DNA from: Sminthopsis crassicaudata
Taxonomy: Eukaryota
Reading direction: 5' to 3'
DNA length: 64,000 bases
Assembly (NCBI RefSeq): GCF_048593235.1
Contig: NC_133617.1
Coordinates: 101,144,937-101,208,936, forward strand
The notes beneath the pieces are model-generated. The model saw nothing but the letters and a program-made list of their open reading frames with translations, made no database searches and was not told the origin of the DNA. Below are positions 36,196 to 49,993 of the stretch, in pieces (position 1 is the stretch's first letter; the number at the start of each line of letters is the position of its first letter). The translations under genes and the position numbers were made by a program.

Positions 36196-39100
36196 AAAGC
36201 CCTTTGATATTAAAAAGCCTCTATGGTCTAAATATAGTGCTCTGGGTATCTGACTTGTATTGTCCATTTTTATTGAACTTTATCTGATCACAGATCTTTA
36301 GTTCTTAGGTCTACAAACCAAATAGTTGAGTTTTATTGTCCTGCAAAAAAGAAGAAAGAAACTAGTACGTTATCCAGTGGCACATAAATTATCAAGGAAT
36401 TGGTCCATGCTTCTAAATCTTGCCATAGCTATGGCTCTGGGAGAATAGCAAAAGGTTAAGTGGAAGCAATTCTTGGAAAACAGGGGAATAACTTATCTAT
36501 AAGTTGTTGTGTAGAATGACAGATAAAACTATTGAAAAGCACCATGTAAAATACCAATTGCTATTTGGCTACTAACATAACAGTTCATTTTGGTTGGTGT
36601 CTCTAGAATGAGCCTGTTTCTTTAATGTAAATTTATTTCTTTAATTTTTGGTAAATTATAGAATAACAGACTTAAAAGATCCCTCAGAGGTCATCTAGAC
36701 CAACCCATAAATAAAGAGGAATATCTCAACAGTGATCTCTGCAAAGTCAATCAGTCAGATAGGCTTTGGGTATTTATTCTGTGGTTCAGTAGATAGAGTT
36801 GGTCTCAGGATCAAAATGACCCTGAACTCAAATCTGGCCACAGACACATAAATGTGGTATGATCCTAGGCAAGTCATTTGACCTTGTTTTTCTCAGTTTC
36901 CTCATCTGTACTGGAGAAAGAAATGGAAAACCACTTTAGTATCTTTGCCAAGAAAACTCCAAAGGGATCATAAAGGGTCAAACACCACTGAAATAATTGA
37001 AGAGCAACAACAAGACACTATATTGCACATTTGAGATTCAAAGAAAGGCAAAAATAGTTCCTGCCTCTAACGATCTTATATTCTATTGGATGGAATAACT
37101 GTAAAAACATAAAATATATCACGAATAAATGGAAGTAATCTGAAAGGAGATGTTAGCAGTGGGGTGGGGAGAGACTAGCAATGGCCTCCAGCAGAACAAG
37201 TGGTAATCTAGCTTCTGCTTTAAGATCTTTACTGATGAGGACCAACGCAAACAAGCTTTTGCTAAGTGCCTATGTGCCAGGCAAAGTGCTAAGTGCTAAC
37301 GGGACCTCTGCTAAGCACTTTAAAATATTATCTCATTTGATCTTTACAACAACCCTAGAAAGTATATTCTATTCTTATCCTCATTTTACAGAGGAGGAAG
37401 AAAGAGGAAGGCAGGATGAAATTGAAACAGCTAGTATGTACTTGAAACCAGATTTGAACTCAGGGCATCCTAACTCTAGACCCAGTGCTCTTCAGTAGGC
37501 CACCAAGATGCCTATAATGGGTAATGTGGTACTTACTACCTTCCAAGGAAGTCAAATATATTCCTTGACATTTCTAATAAAAAAATTCTTCTGTAAGATA
37601 AAATCTGCTTCATCGCAGCCTCCACCTTCAGACCTTCTGGGTCCATATTGAGAAGTTTATTTGCATGATATAACTTCAAAATTGTCATTTTATGATTCCA
37701 CATGTCTCTAACAGCTGGATATGGCTTGGGAAAGATCCTCACAGAGGATACTGAAATTCATCTCTCATTTATCTACCACATCCTTACTGTAGGGTATATA
37801 TTCAGGTTCACCATACTTAGCCATCAGACTTACCATTCTGAGGACTCTGCTTCTCCTTCCTTTGGGGTGGGTATATAGCTAGCTGTCAGATAGAGAGTAA
37901 GTACATTTGGTAAGGCTGTTTTCATCATCTAATACATAAATCTGTCCTCTGACATATTAGAAGCTTTTAGAGCACAGTGAGAGAACATGACAAATTTTCA
38001 TTTTTACAATCAATATGTGGTATGCATTTACATTAAGTCAACAGATTTATGATGGAGCCACCTGCCCAATGATATAGAAGCATAGCACCCAAATGGCACT
38101 TTATATATTGTGAGATTTTTCACAGTAATCTTACCAGCCATTTCATACAACTTTTCTGGTGGTAATAGGTATAAGCAACCTCTTGACAGTAGAATATCGT
38201 ACCTTTTATACAGCATAGATTACAATTTCTTTGAATATAGTCTTTCTCCTTCTTTCTTGAGTTTACATTGAGATTTTTGAGTTACATTCAAGTAAATAGA
38301 TAAATACATTGTCCAACTGTATACAAAGTCAAGTGCTATTTCCTATTTGAAATCTTTCCTGTGTCTCTCAGTTGCTAATGCTTTTCACCCTTTTGAAATT
38401 ACTTTGTTTTAACTTTTTTGGAAAACTCACTATGTATATACATAGGAGAACATAAGTTCCTTGGGAGCAGGTACTATTTCATTTTTGACATTGTGTTCTT
38501 AGTACCTAGCACATTCCTGGACATATTTGCAGAACTGAATTGAATTGCCCAAATCATGGCAAATCATATTTCTTATGAAAATTTCTGCATACATCTGATG
38601 ATATGCTGAGGAGCAAGTCATAATGAATCAATAGTACTCTTCCCATTTTGTAGAATAGTTTATTTCAGATGCTCAAAATTTCCAATAAGTGTCAATGACA
38701 TTCCATGGGTGTTCTTAATAGATAAGAAATCTTTTTGTAAGAGTGGAGCAGAGAGTGGGGAAAGGAAGAATGAGGAAAGATTTGATAATTTCCTGCTATT
38801 TTAAAACTAATTGTTTCTGTCTCCAAAATAATTGAGATAAATGCTTCTGTTTTGGGAAAGAGATTTAATAGTAGGTCTGTATTCAAGGTTTGGGCCAACC
38901 TTGATAGACAAAAATTCTAAGGTGGAAATGGACATCAAGAGCAAAATAAGTACATTTTCCCATCATCAGATTCCTAAACCATTCCATCAAAGATGAAACC
39001 ATCAAACACATTAGAATCATAATTCTTCAGCCATTTTTTCAGAATTTAAAAATGCTCCTTCTTAAAAAGGAGTTCCTGATTTCAGCCTTCTCTTACTAAA

Positions 39101-41747
39101 ATTTAAACATTCCTTTATGTTTATCTTCTGTGGAGAGAGAAGACTATTCACCCTTCCTCTGGTCATTCAAAGGAGAATAGGACTTAGAGCTAGAAAGGAT
39201 TTTGGAGCTTTAACCTGCTCATTTTATATATGAGGAATCTGAAATCCAAAGACTTGCTGAAGGACACACAGCTAACAAGTGTCAGAATATGAATTCAGAT
39301 CTTTTGATTTCAAAAACAGTGCTATTCCACCATACCATAATACCTTAATAAAAATAGTAAAATTTTAATATTAAATATTAGTGATATTAAAATTATTTTT
39401 AAAAATAATAATAACTCACATTTCCAAAGAGCTTTGTGATTTACAACAGCACATACCTAACAAACAACAATAAGCAAGAAATGTGCTCATTTTACAAATG
39501 AAAAAAAATCAAGGCTTAGAAATGTAAAATAACTTGTATGGGATTATCCAAGTGGTAAATGGCAAAAACCACTTTTTATTTTCAGGTCTTTTTACTTCTA
39601 GTCCAGTGCTATGACCACATTCAGGAAAAGTACCATATCCTTAAATAACTTTTCCCTTTCCAGTTTCTTTTGGCAACACCAATACATATTCCATTCAATT
39701 CAGTTCAGCAATCATGTATTCACAAACTTGATCATTTCCACACTCCAGATCATATCTGTGATTATAGTTTACCCTGTGCAGACCTCATAAACCTTTCAAA
39801 CACCCAGAGCAATTATTCATTAGAAATCTCTCCTTCATATTGTTTGCTTCTCCTACAAATCCAGGACAAATAATCAAAGGCCCAATCCTTCTGTTCGAAA
39901 AACATTACCCCTTCATAATCTAATTTTTGGCCCTGCCATAGCAATATGTTGTAATTTTTTCCCCTTTCACTAGCCTTCTGTATTCATACTTTCTTTATCT
40001 CAATCGTTTCTGCTTTCAACTGATATTTGCCAGAATTCTTCTTTATCCAGCTACATGATATATCTGGACTTGCTTCGGGGAGTAGGGGAGGATATAATCA
40101 TGGAGTACAAAGAAGTAATAGATTAGAGAACTTCCTTTCCTGGAAAATATCTTGAAGTCTATGGTGCTCTCCTTAGAAAGAGTCTGAAGTAGTAGAAAGA
40201 GCTTTGGATTTAGAGTCAAGAAGACCAAAGTTCAAATCCAGCTTCAAATACTTATTTTCTGTGGGATCCTGGCCAAGATCTCTTAGTTTTGATTTTCTTA
40301 TCAAGTACAATAACAATAGTCACTATTTCTATAGTTCTTCCAAGCACTTTATACATACTATTTCCATTTGAACCTCATAAAGTGGCATTATTACCCCCAT
40401 TTTACATATATGAAAACTAAGAAACATTCAGAGAACTTAAGCTTCTTGTGCACATTCCTACTCCTAATAAATGTCAGAAATGAGATTTGAGCTCAGGTCT
40501 TATTGAGTCCAAGTCAAACACTGTCTAGCTAGAAATCTAACTAGTTCTAGCAACTGGGAAGGCGAATGTCACTACTTCGCAGAAGTATAGTAAGGATCAA
40601 TTGTGATGATGGTTACATAAATATGTCATTGTTCTTTGTAAATATTTGTTATTTGCTATATAATACAATTGAATCATTAGGATTCAGCTCCTAATATATG
40701 TCAAACAGTATGTGAAGGACTGGGTATAAAAAATAAAAAATAAAGAATATAGACCTGGTAAAGGAGCTGGTATAGGGATGGGAAATATAAATTATGTTAA
40801 AACTGGAGAAACAGTAGGCAAAAGATTAGAAATTGGGAATGTGGTGATAGTTTTAATTCATTTTTTGCATCTAGTGTTGTTCCAAGTCTAATGCTATCAT
40901 CAGTTATTTATGAGAATCAACCAACTAAGCATTAATTGAGCATCTGCTCTAAACAAATCCCTGTACTAGGTTCTTGAAGACTTTTAGCACATGAGGCCTA
41001 CCCTAATAGGAGCCTCCACTGAGGATATTCAGTAAAATATAAACTCCTTGAGGGCAGAGATAGCTTTTCCTTTGGTCCAGCTCCCCAATGCCCATACATG
41101 ACGGATGCTTCATAGATGCTAGTTGGCTTGGATATAGAAGAGGTTTTCACCCACTAGCTTAAGAATCAAGAAAACTGAGTTCCAGTCCCCTCTCTATGAC
41201 AAGATATTTGTATGTCCATAGGCAAATTTTTACATTTCTCTGAATGTCTGGCTCCTTGCGTGTAAAATGAAGATAGTGATATCTGCATCCTCATAGGGCT
41301 CTTAGGAATTATTAATGTGTGTGTGACAGTACTCTAAAATTATATTATATCCTACCACAGGTCAAATAATAACTACCTTTTTTCATAATTCTTTAAGGTT
41401 TCAAACTATTCTACCTATGTTATTTCCTTTGATCTCACAATCCTATGAGATCCCATTTTATAGAAGAGAAAACTGAGAGGTTAAATGACTTACCCAGTCA
41501 GACAGTTAGTCAATGTCCAAGATAGGTTTTTTACTCATGTCTTCCTGATTTCAAATTCAATTCTCTTCCCCATTGTATCACCTAGCTGATTCAGAGCTGG
41601 AAATTCAGCAGCCACCCAATTCCATTCTTTAATTTTAAATCTCAGAAAAACATAGCTCAAAGAGATTTAATGTTACCTGCCTAATGTCACATGGATATGA
41701 AAAGCCAGGGAAGGAGGGAGGATTTGAGTCCATGTCCTGTGACTCTA

Positions 41748-41936
41748 CAACAGGGTTCTTTTTTTGTGTATCCCAGATCCCTTTGGTAGATGAAGCCTAC
41801 CATTCTTCTCAGAAGAATGTTTTTAGTGCATAAAAGAAAATATGAAAGATTACAAAGAAAACCAATTATGCTGAAAAACAATTATCAAAATATATTTTAG
41901 AAAACAAATTCAGAGACCTCAGGTTTAGAACCGTTG
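41748..41936. mobile_element. hAT-Charlie-type MITE
   Basis: Same family as 19113-19310; ends CAACAGGGTTCTT / TTAGAACCGTTG. Confidence 0.7.
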
Positions 41937-44661
41937 CTTTATAAGCAAGGCTCTTTGCTTTGTACTCTATTTCAAGATTATTGTATAAATGGGCAAAACA
42001 GTACGGAACTAACAATGCTGGATTTGGAATCAAATAATGTGGTTTTGCCTCCTGTAGCTGGCATTTGATAGTCATGTGATCTGGGGCAAATTATTTAACC
42101 TCACTGGGACTCAGTCTCCTCATCAATAAAACAAGAAGTTCAATTCAGTGACATTTAAGATTCTTTCCATTTGTAAATCCATAATATAAGCAATTATCAT
42201 AAAAAGGAGGATATAAATACATTTCTCAACTGAGAGATTAAGAATAATTCACATAAAAAGAAAAACAATCCAAGGCATGAAGTGCTGAGTGCCAAGTGAA
42301 TGAAACCAAGAAGTCAATGGGAGATCACTTGTGGCTGCTGCTGTTAGAAAAGACCTTACTGAGGAGGTGAGATCTGAACCAGACTATGAAGGATGTCTAT
42401 TATTTAATTTCATTCTGATAACTGCTGAATTAATGCTGAGTACATAATAATATAATGATAGCTCATAATTTTGCAGGGCTTTAAGATTTACCAAGTACTT
42501 TTCCTGCAACAATTAGTAATCCCTATTTTACAAATAAGAAAGCTGAGGTGTGAAAAAATTTGTAACTTTCACCAATAGCAAAATATTAGAGCTGTAATTT
42601 GAACTCAGTTCTATTGCCTCAAAAGCAAGAATTCTTTCCAGGATACCAGACTGCCTGAGAAGCATCGCTCTAACAAGTACAACATAAAGGAAGTTGAGAA
42701 TTGGCCTGGACCTGACATTCTGCCACAATTATTGAGAGTCATCTATCTCATCAGTCCACTCTCTTGGACAGCTCATAGGTTAGAATCATGCACAGAAATT
42801 TACAGGAAATGTTGTGACCAAATTTGTTCATTTCACATGACAAATGGCTTGATTTGGGTTTGTTAACATGGAAAATCCGAGCTTATGTATCTTACAGAAT
42901 TAAGGAATGAATAATTCTTGAGAAGTGGAGGGCATGGGGGGGGGAGGAGAAGGAGGAGGGAAAGCTGAATATTGAGTTATGGGAATGCCAAAAGCTTCTA
43001 AAATGGGTTCATTTCAAATATTTTGGGTGTTGTGCTCATCAACAGCCAAACAGGGTTTCTCGAGAATTAATAACTGCAGCAACAACTACATTGCTTCCAA
43101 ATTGAAATTTTACATGCCAAGCTTAAACACAGAGTGGCTATTTTGGGATTGGTTGCAAACCCCCTTGAAAATTGAGATTTGTAATATAAATGCTGACAGA
43201 TCATTCAAATGAATGACTGGTGGTTCTCATCAATCACAGCCTTTCTTTGTTGCTTTCATGCCATCATCAAGAGGAATAAGGTTCCATTTGAATATCAAAA
43301 AGTGTAATGCAGTGGAAGGGCCACCCACCATGCTTGGGAGTTAAGAGATTTAGATTCTACTCTCTCCTCAAGCAAGACATTTTACCTGAGCCTCAGGTTT
43401 TGCTTCTGTTAGGCAGAGGCTAATGATATACACTTCCCCTGATACATTGTCACACAGCCATCATTCATAGACAAGTAAATGAAAGTGAAAGTATTTTGTA
43501 GCCAAAAAGCAGATGTTCTCAATGTCTAACTCTGGGTAAGTCACTTATACTCACCCTCAGTTTTCTCATCTATGAAATGGAGATAATAATAGTACCTATC
43601 TCCTAGGGTTGTAAGACCAAAAGAAATAATATATGTATGGTAGTTTGAAACCTTAAAGAATTATGGAAAAATCATAGCTATTGTTATTATACTTAAATAA
43701 ATGATTCCAACTTGATAATCTTGTTCAAATCTCGCTTCCTCAGAAAGATCTTCCCTAACAGCAACATCCACAAGTGATCTCACCTCCTTCTTGGTTTCAT
43801 TCATTTGGCATTATAAACTGTAGACAAGAAAAAATTCTTTATTTTCACCAACTTTGAGTTTCCTTTGTAATTTTATGTACTTTATTTTAAGTATTTAAAA
43901 ACATTATTCCTAGACTTTACCATACTACCAAAGGGGTCCAGAACCCACAATATATTAAGAAACACTACGCTAAAGCAATCACAGCTCTATGAAAATGTAG
44001 ACCATTTTTATTACCACACTAAAGTCCTATGTTTGTCTTAGTCTGTATCTGTGAGAAAGGGTAAGAAGCATATCACCTATTATATGCCAATCACTGTACT
44101 AAGTGCTTTTTACAAATATTATCTCATTTGATTTTTTTCAATAACCCTGCAAGGTGACTACTATTATTGTCCCCATTTTACATTGAAGAAACTGAGACAG
44201 ATAGAGATTACATGTTTTTGTTTTGTTTTGTTTTGGTTTTTTTTTATCTCACACAAGCTAGTAAATGTCTGAGGCCAATTTGAACTCAATTATTTTTGAC
44301 TTTTCAATTAGTGTTCTGCCCACTGTGCCACTGTGGTAAATTACAACCCTGGAAAGTTTTTTTTCTAAATTATTATTGTAAAATAACATGCTTTGTAACT
44401 ATTATCCCATAGTAAACCTGGCTAAAGTATAGAGAAAAATCATCATCAATAGGCTGGCTGCCAGATCAACAAAATGACAAACAACAAGCATTTATTAAGT
44501 TGTGTCAGGCACTGTGGTTAGTGCTGGGAATATAAAAACAAGCAAAAGCAGTCCCTATCCTCGAGGAGCTTACATTCTAATGGGGAAACCTAGATAAATA
44601 TATAAATTTGAGATATATATGGAGTAGATGGAAAGAGATTATTTCTAAAACTATCATAGCT

Positions 44662-45335
44662 AGTAGATCCCAAAGAGATCTTAAAGGAGGAAAAGGAACC
44701 CACATGTGCAAAAATGATTGTGGCAGCCCTCTTTGTGGTGGCCAGAAACTGGAAACTGAGTGGATGTCCATCAATTGGAAAATAGCTGAATAAATTATAG
44801 CATATGAATGTTATGGAATATTATTGTTCTGTAAGAAATGACCAACAGGATAATTTCAGAGAGGCTTGGAGAGACTTACACGAACTGATGCTAAGTGAAG
44901 TGAGCAGAACTAGGAGATCATTATACATGGAAACAAGAAGACTATAAGATGATCAATTTTGATGGACATGGCTCTCTTCAACAATAAGATGATTCAAACC
45001 AGTTCCAATTGTTTAGTGATGAAAAGAGCCATCTACATCCAGAGAGAGGACACTGGGAACTGTGTGATTCACAACATAGCATTTTCACTCTCTTTGTTGT
45101 TATTAATTTGCATTTTATTTTGCTTCACTTTTTCTCTTGTGTGGCACGATAATTGTATAAAATATATATGCATATATTAAATTTAACATACATTTCTACC
45201 GTGTTTAACATATATTGGACTAGTTGCCATCTAGGGGAGAGTGTGGGGGAAGAGAAGAAAAGTGGAACACAGGGTTTTGCAAGGGCTAATGTTGAAGAAT
45301 TGTCCATATATATGTTTTGAAAAATAAAAAGCTTT
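44662..45335 (+). mobile_element. L1 3' segment (ORF2 C-terminus + 3'UTR), tail interrupted
   Basis: Translates as PKEILK..KEPTCAKMIVAALFVVARNWKLSGCPSIGK, followed by 3'UTR. The tail resumes after 45770. Confidence 0.9.
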
Positions 45336-45760
45336 TCAATTCTGATGGATGTGGCCTTTTTCAATAATGAGATGAACCAAATCAGTTCCAATAGAGCAGT
45401 AATGAACTGAACCACTTACACCCAGCAAAAGAACTCTAGGAGATGACTATGAACCACTACATAGAATTACCAATCCCTCTCATTTTGTCCGCCTGCATTT
45501 TGGATTTCCTTCACAGGCTAACTGTACACTATTTCGAAGTCCGATTCTTTTTGTACAGCAAAATAACTGTTTGGACATGTATACATATATTGTATTTAAA
45601 TTATACTTTAACATATTTAACATGTATTGGTCAACCTGCCATCTGGGAGGGGGGGGAAGAGGAGAAAATTACAACAAAGGGTTTGGCAATTGTCAATGTT
45701 GTAAAATTACCCATGCATATATCTGGTAAATAAAAACTATTAAACTAAAAAAAGAAAAAG
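45336..45760 (+). mobile_element. Young L1 3'UTR nested in the tail of the preceding L1
   Basis: Closely matches the reverse complement of 51705-52140. TSD AAAAAGCTTT at 45326-45335 and 45761-45770. Confidence 0.9.
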
Positions 45761-46469
45761 AAAAAGCTTTAATTTAAAAAAAAGAATAGAATAGGAAATA
45801 TATCTTTAGAGGAATAAAAATAATCAAAGAATTAAAAAATATCTTAGCCAGACATGAAAATAATCTATTAAGATACAGAGGAATTTGATATTATTTATAT
45901 GAATCACCCATACCCTCAAAATCATTGGTTTTCGATATATTTGAAAAGTTAAAAGACTTATCCCTGAGTTCTTTGACTATAGTTTCTACCTAGAAGGTTT
46001 TTGTTATTGTTGTTTTAATAACAATAACCTTATTGGTACCTGATTACCTTATTTTTCATATATTGAGGAGATGTAGGCACTCCAAAACAGCCATCTATAC
46101 AATTCCTCCCCCAAGCTCCTTGTCCAACAGATCATTGGCAGTGGGATGCATGCATACAGTAGCTAAGTGGAGAAAGGACTTTGAGTCACCCAAACAGCTG
46201 CCACTGTGCTCTTCTTTCCATGACCCTCCATAATACAAAGGTTTAACTAGGTCAGTTGCTCTCTGCAAAATTCAAATGAATCAAAGGCCATAGGGTTATC
46301 ACATGCATAGGGGTAGAGGGGAGGGAAGCTAGTAATTAGCTTTTTTCCCTAAAAATAAATAAATGAAAACTTTAAAATACATTTCTGTACCTTGGAAAAG
46401 GGTAGCTAAATTACATTCAAAATACCTTCAAATGCTTCTCTCCTCTGAATGAGTCGGTTGGTATGTGTT

Positions 46470-46640
46470 GTTGTTGTTGTTGTTGTTGTTGTTTTTTTCC
46501 TTTTTTCTGAGGCTGGGGTTAAGTGACTTGCCTAGGGTCACACAGCTAGGAAGTATTAAGTGTCTGAGACCAGATTTGAACTTGTGTCCTCCAGAATTCA
46601 GGGCTGGTGCTCTATTCACTGTGCCACCTAGCTGCTCCCC
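46470..46640 (-). mobile_element. WSINE1-type SINE with (CAA)n tail
   Basis: Full body. TSD TTGGTATGTGTT at 46458-46469 and 46643-46654. Confidence 0.92.
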
Positions 46641-47029
46641 AATTGGTATGTGTTTTAACAGTGATCTTGAATTTTCAATACATTGGTAATTTCAGCATCC
46701 ATGATTCTGTATTCTTTTCCAGCAATTCTGCCCCTCTATGCCTCCATTATTGGTTTTTGTTCACCTATAGAACTTAAAAGTTGTCCAAGGCTAATAGGCA
46801 ATATAGCATGCTTCTTCCTTTTCTTTTTTTTTGTAGCTATTATTTTTTAACCTCTTTTTCAGTAAGCACTGATAGTTTTAAAGAATTTTAAGAGTAGTTA
46901 GTAGAGTTCAGAGTCAGAAAATGATTTTGATAGCATCCTAGTTCTGATATATTTTAGGAATCCTCAGCTGATAGTTCCTTATCCTCTAAGGTTACTTTCA
47001 TCCACTTTATTCACCTTGTATGTATGTAT

Positions 47030-47031
<2 letters not shown>

Positions 47032-47107
<76 letters not shown>
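47032..47107. repeat. (AT)38 microsatellite
   Basis: 76-nt perfect tract. Confidence 0.98.
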
Positions 47108-47110
<3 letters not shown>

Positions 47111-48219
47111 GTATTCCTGTCTCATTATAATATAAATTCTGTTGAGGACAGAGATTATTTTTGTATTTTTTTTTTGTATTCTCAGTGATCACCGCAATGC
47201 CAGCACTAGTAAGTACTTAGCAAATGCTTGTTTACTGATTGAAAATATTTAGATAGGAAAGGAACCTGAATCATCTTTTTGTTCAATGCTTTTCTTTTAC
47301 ACATGAAGAAGCTGAAATCAAGTGAGGAAAAATAATTGGTCCAAAGTCACATACAGTATATAGAGTCAGGATCTGAACCCATGTTCTCTGACTCCTAACT
47401 CTTTCTGCAACTTATTGCCTTGCATTAGTACATGATTACAGTCAAGTCTTAATCTTTCTTGATCTTCATTCTCTTATCTGTGAAATGGCTAATTCTCATT
47501 ATCAAACTCACAGAGTATTATAAGGAAAGAGTTTTATAAACTTTTAAGGCAAGATAATTCTGATAATTATTATGATCATCCATCTAGTCAGATACCTTAT
47601 CTAATATGACAGTCTCTGTTATGATATCCTTCATCTTTTGCTTGAAGATCTTTAGAGATGGGGTTCTCAATAATTCAATAGGCAGTCTATTCCATTGTTG
47701 TAAAGTACTGATTGCTTAAATATGCTCATCCTTATCCTAAGCCAAAAATTTGCCTTTTTATAACTTCCAGGAATTGGTCAGAGCATTCAAGAATCACATA
47801 AAACCAGTCTATCTGCCCTTTTCATGTTATTATTGTTGTTTAGTTAGTTCAGTTATGTCTAACTCTCCATGACCCTATTTAGGCTTTCTTGGCAAAGATT
47901 CTAGAGTGGTTTGCCTTCTCCAGCTCATTTTAGAGATGAAGAAACTGCGTCAAATGAAGTGACTTGCCCAAAATCACACATCTAATAAGTATCTGAGATT
48001 GGATTTGAACTCAGCAAGATAGGTCTTCCTGACTTTAGGCCAAGCATTGTATCCATTGTACCTTTTCCATGATAGCCCTTCAGATATTTAACAGTTACTT
48101 TATTTACATCCCTTCAAAATTTTCTTTTTCTTTCAATTCTCTGAGATTCATGTTCCACAAGGAAGATGATGCTAATACTACATACAGAGTTGGAGTATCA
48201 CAAGATAAAGATATATATG

Positions 48220-48224
<5 letters not shown>

Positions 48225-48300
<76 letters not shown>
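48225..48300. repeat. (AG)38 microsatellite
   Basis: 76-nt perfect tract. Confidence 0.98.
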
Positions 48301-48302
<2 letters not shown>

Positions 48303-48736
48303 CACCAGGATTTAAACCCAGGTCTCTCCTAATTTCAATTTAGGGCTTATTCTACTGAGCCACAATTTTTGCCTTGGCTATCAGTGGGGGGAAAAGGATT
48401 TTACACAATTCTTCTTGAAGGCAGTTTTCTCAAGATGAGTCTTAAGTGTGAGAAAATGTTTTCCAAATATTTTTTTCTAAATATTGCTAGTTTCCCACAT
48501 CTTTTATATAAAAGCTTTTATTAAGTCTTCACTAGCAAGAAGGAATGCAAAGGTTAATCAACAGCTGGTCTTTGGAAATATTTGTAAAACTATTCTCATA
48601 GTTAGGCTCACCCAGAAATAAATGTTTGACCACAACAATTGAAATAAATGTTTACATTTTAAAAGTCCACTGATGAAACAACTATTTACAGATGATACAC
48701 AAATATATTAATGGATGTTCCTGGAAACTAACTAGT

Positions 48737-48739
<3 letters not shown>

Positions 48740-48773
<34 letters not shown>
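48740..48773. repeat. (GT)n microsatellite
   Basis: Direct observation. Confidence 0.95.
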
Positions 48774-48781
<8 letters not shown>

Positions 48782-48885
48782 GTGGGTCTGCTTCTGTTTT
48801 TTTTAATCTCTGTCTCTGTCCATCTCTGTTCTCTCTTTGTTGTGTCTCTGTCTCATGCTCTCTCTCCTTTTTTCTTTCTCTCTCT

Positions 48886-49015
48886 NNNNNNNNNNNNNNN
48901 NNNNNNNNNNNNNNNNNNNNNNNNNNNNNNNNNNNNNNNNNNNNNNNNNNNNNNNNNNNNNNNNNNNNNNNNNNNNNNNNNNNNNNNNNNNNNNNNNNNN
49001 NNNNNNNNNNNNNNN
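48886..49015. other. Assembly gap (130 N), preceded by (CT)-rich sequence
   Basis: Run of N. Confidence 1.
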
Positions 49016-49790
49016 AAGGAGTTTTGCTAATATAGGTGTAGCTAGAAAGTGGTTTTTTTTTTGTTGTTTTTTTTTTTTTGTTGTTGTTACTGTTGTTTAT
49101 TGAATCAGTTTGTTGTAGTATTTAGTACTCTGGATGTAGAGTCAATAAAATTTAGGTGCAATTTCCTCCCCAGACACTGTGTGACCCTAGGCAAGTCCCT
49201 TGACCTCTCTGTGCCTATTTCTTTATCTATAAAATGAGGGGACTGAATTTAATTGTCTTTGACGTTCTATGATCTGTGTGGTCTAACAAGCAATGGGCTA
49301 TATCTAAAAAAGCATTTTAACAACTTTAAATTGTCACAGAAATATTATTATTAATCATCAGGTTTTACATATTACATTTGAGGAAACTGAGGCCCAGAGT
49401 TGTTAAGTGATTTTTTGTGTGAATTTTTTTAGAGTTAGAATTAAATAAGCTTAATTATTGTTGTTTGTAAGGAAATATAACCAAATTTATACTAATTTTC
49501 AAGTGGCTATAATCAGGGCAGAGTGAATAGAACTTTGACCCCAGGACCCAAATTTAAAGGACTTTCACATTACTAAAGGGCACTTCTGTGGATAGAAACA
49601 AATGGTCTAAACACCTAGTTAGCAATATTAATTCGTTAAAATAGAAACTAGCAGATGGTATCATTTTTTTTCCCTTGAGAGACTGTCTCCCTACTGAATT
49701 CTTTCCCAGCCTGACCCTAACTATGTACTTGTAATGATTTAGGGTCTCTGCAAGATGTCTTTATTTCACTCACACATGGATTTATGTGTA

Positions 49791-49993
49791 NNNNNNNNNN
49801 NNNNNNNNNNNNNNNNNNNNNNNNNNNNNNNNNNNNNNNNNNNNNNNNNNNNNNNNNNNNNNNNNNNNNNNNNNNNNNNNNNNNNNNNNNNNNNNNNNNN
49901 NNNNNNNNNNNNNNNNNNNNNNNNNNNNNNNNNNNNNNNNNNNNNNNNNNNNNNNNNNNNNNNNNNNNNNNNNNNNNNNNNNNNNNNNNNNNN
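49791..49993. other. Assembly gap (203 N)
   Basis: Run of N. Confidence 1.

Noticed and set aside
37536-37742. Minus-strand ORF ending near a GTAAGT donor, with an ATTTGCAT octamer
   Set aside because: No convincing acceptor and the peptide is unrecognised. Single motifs are expected by chance.
40137-40145. Single canonical GAS site TTCCTGGAA
   Set aside because: One 9-mer in 64 kb is expected by chance.
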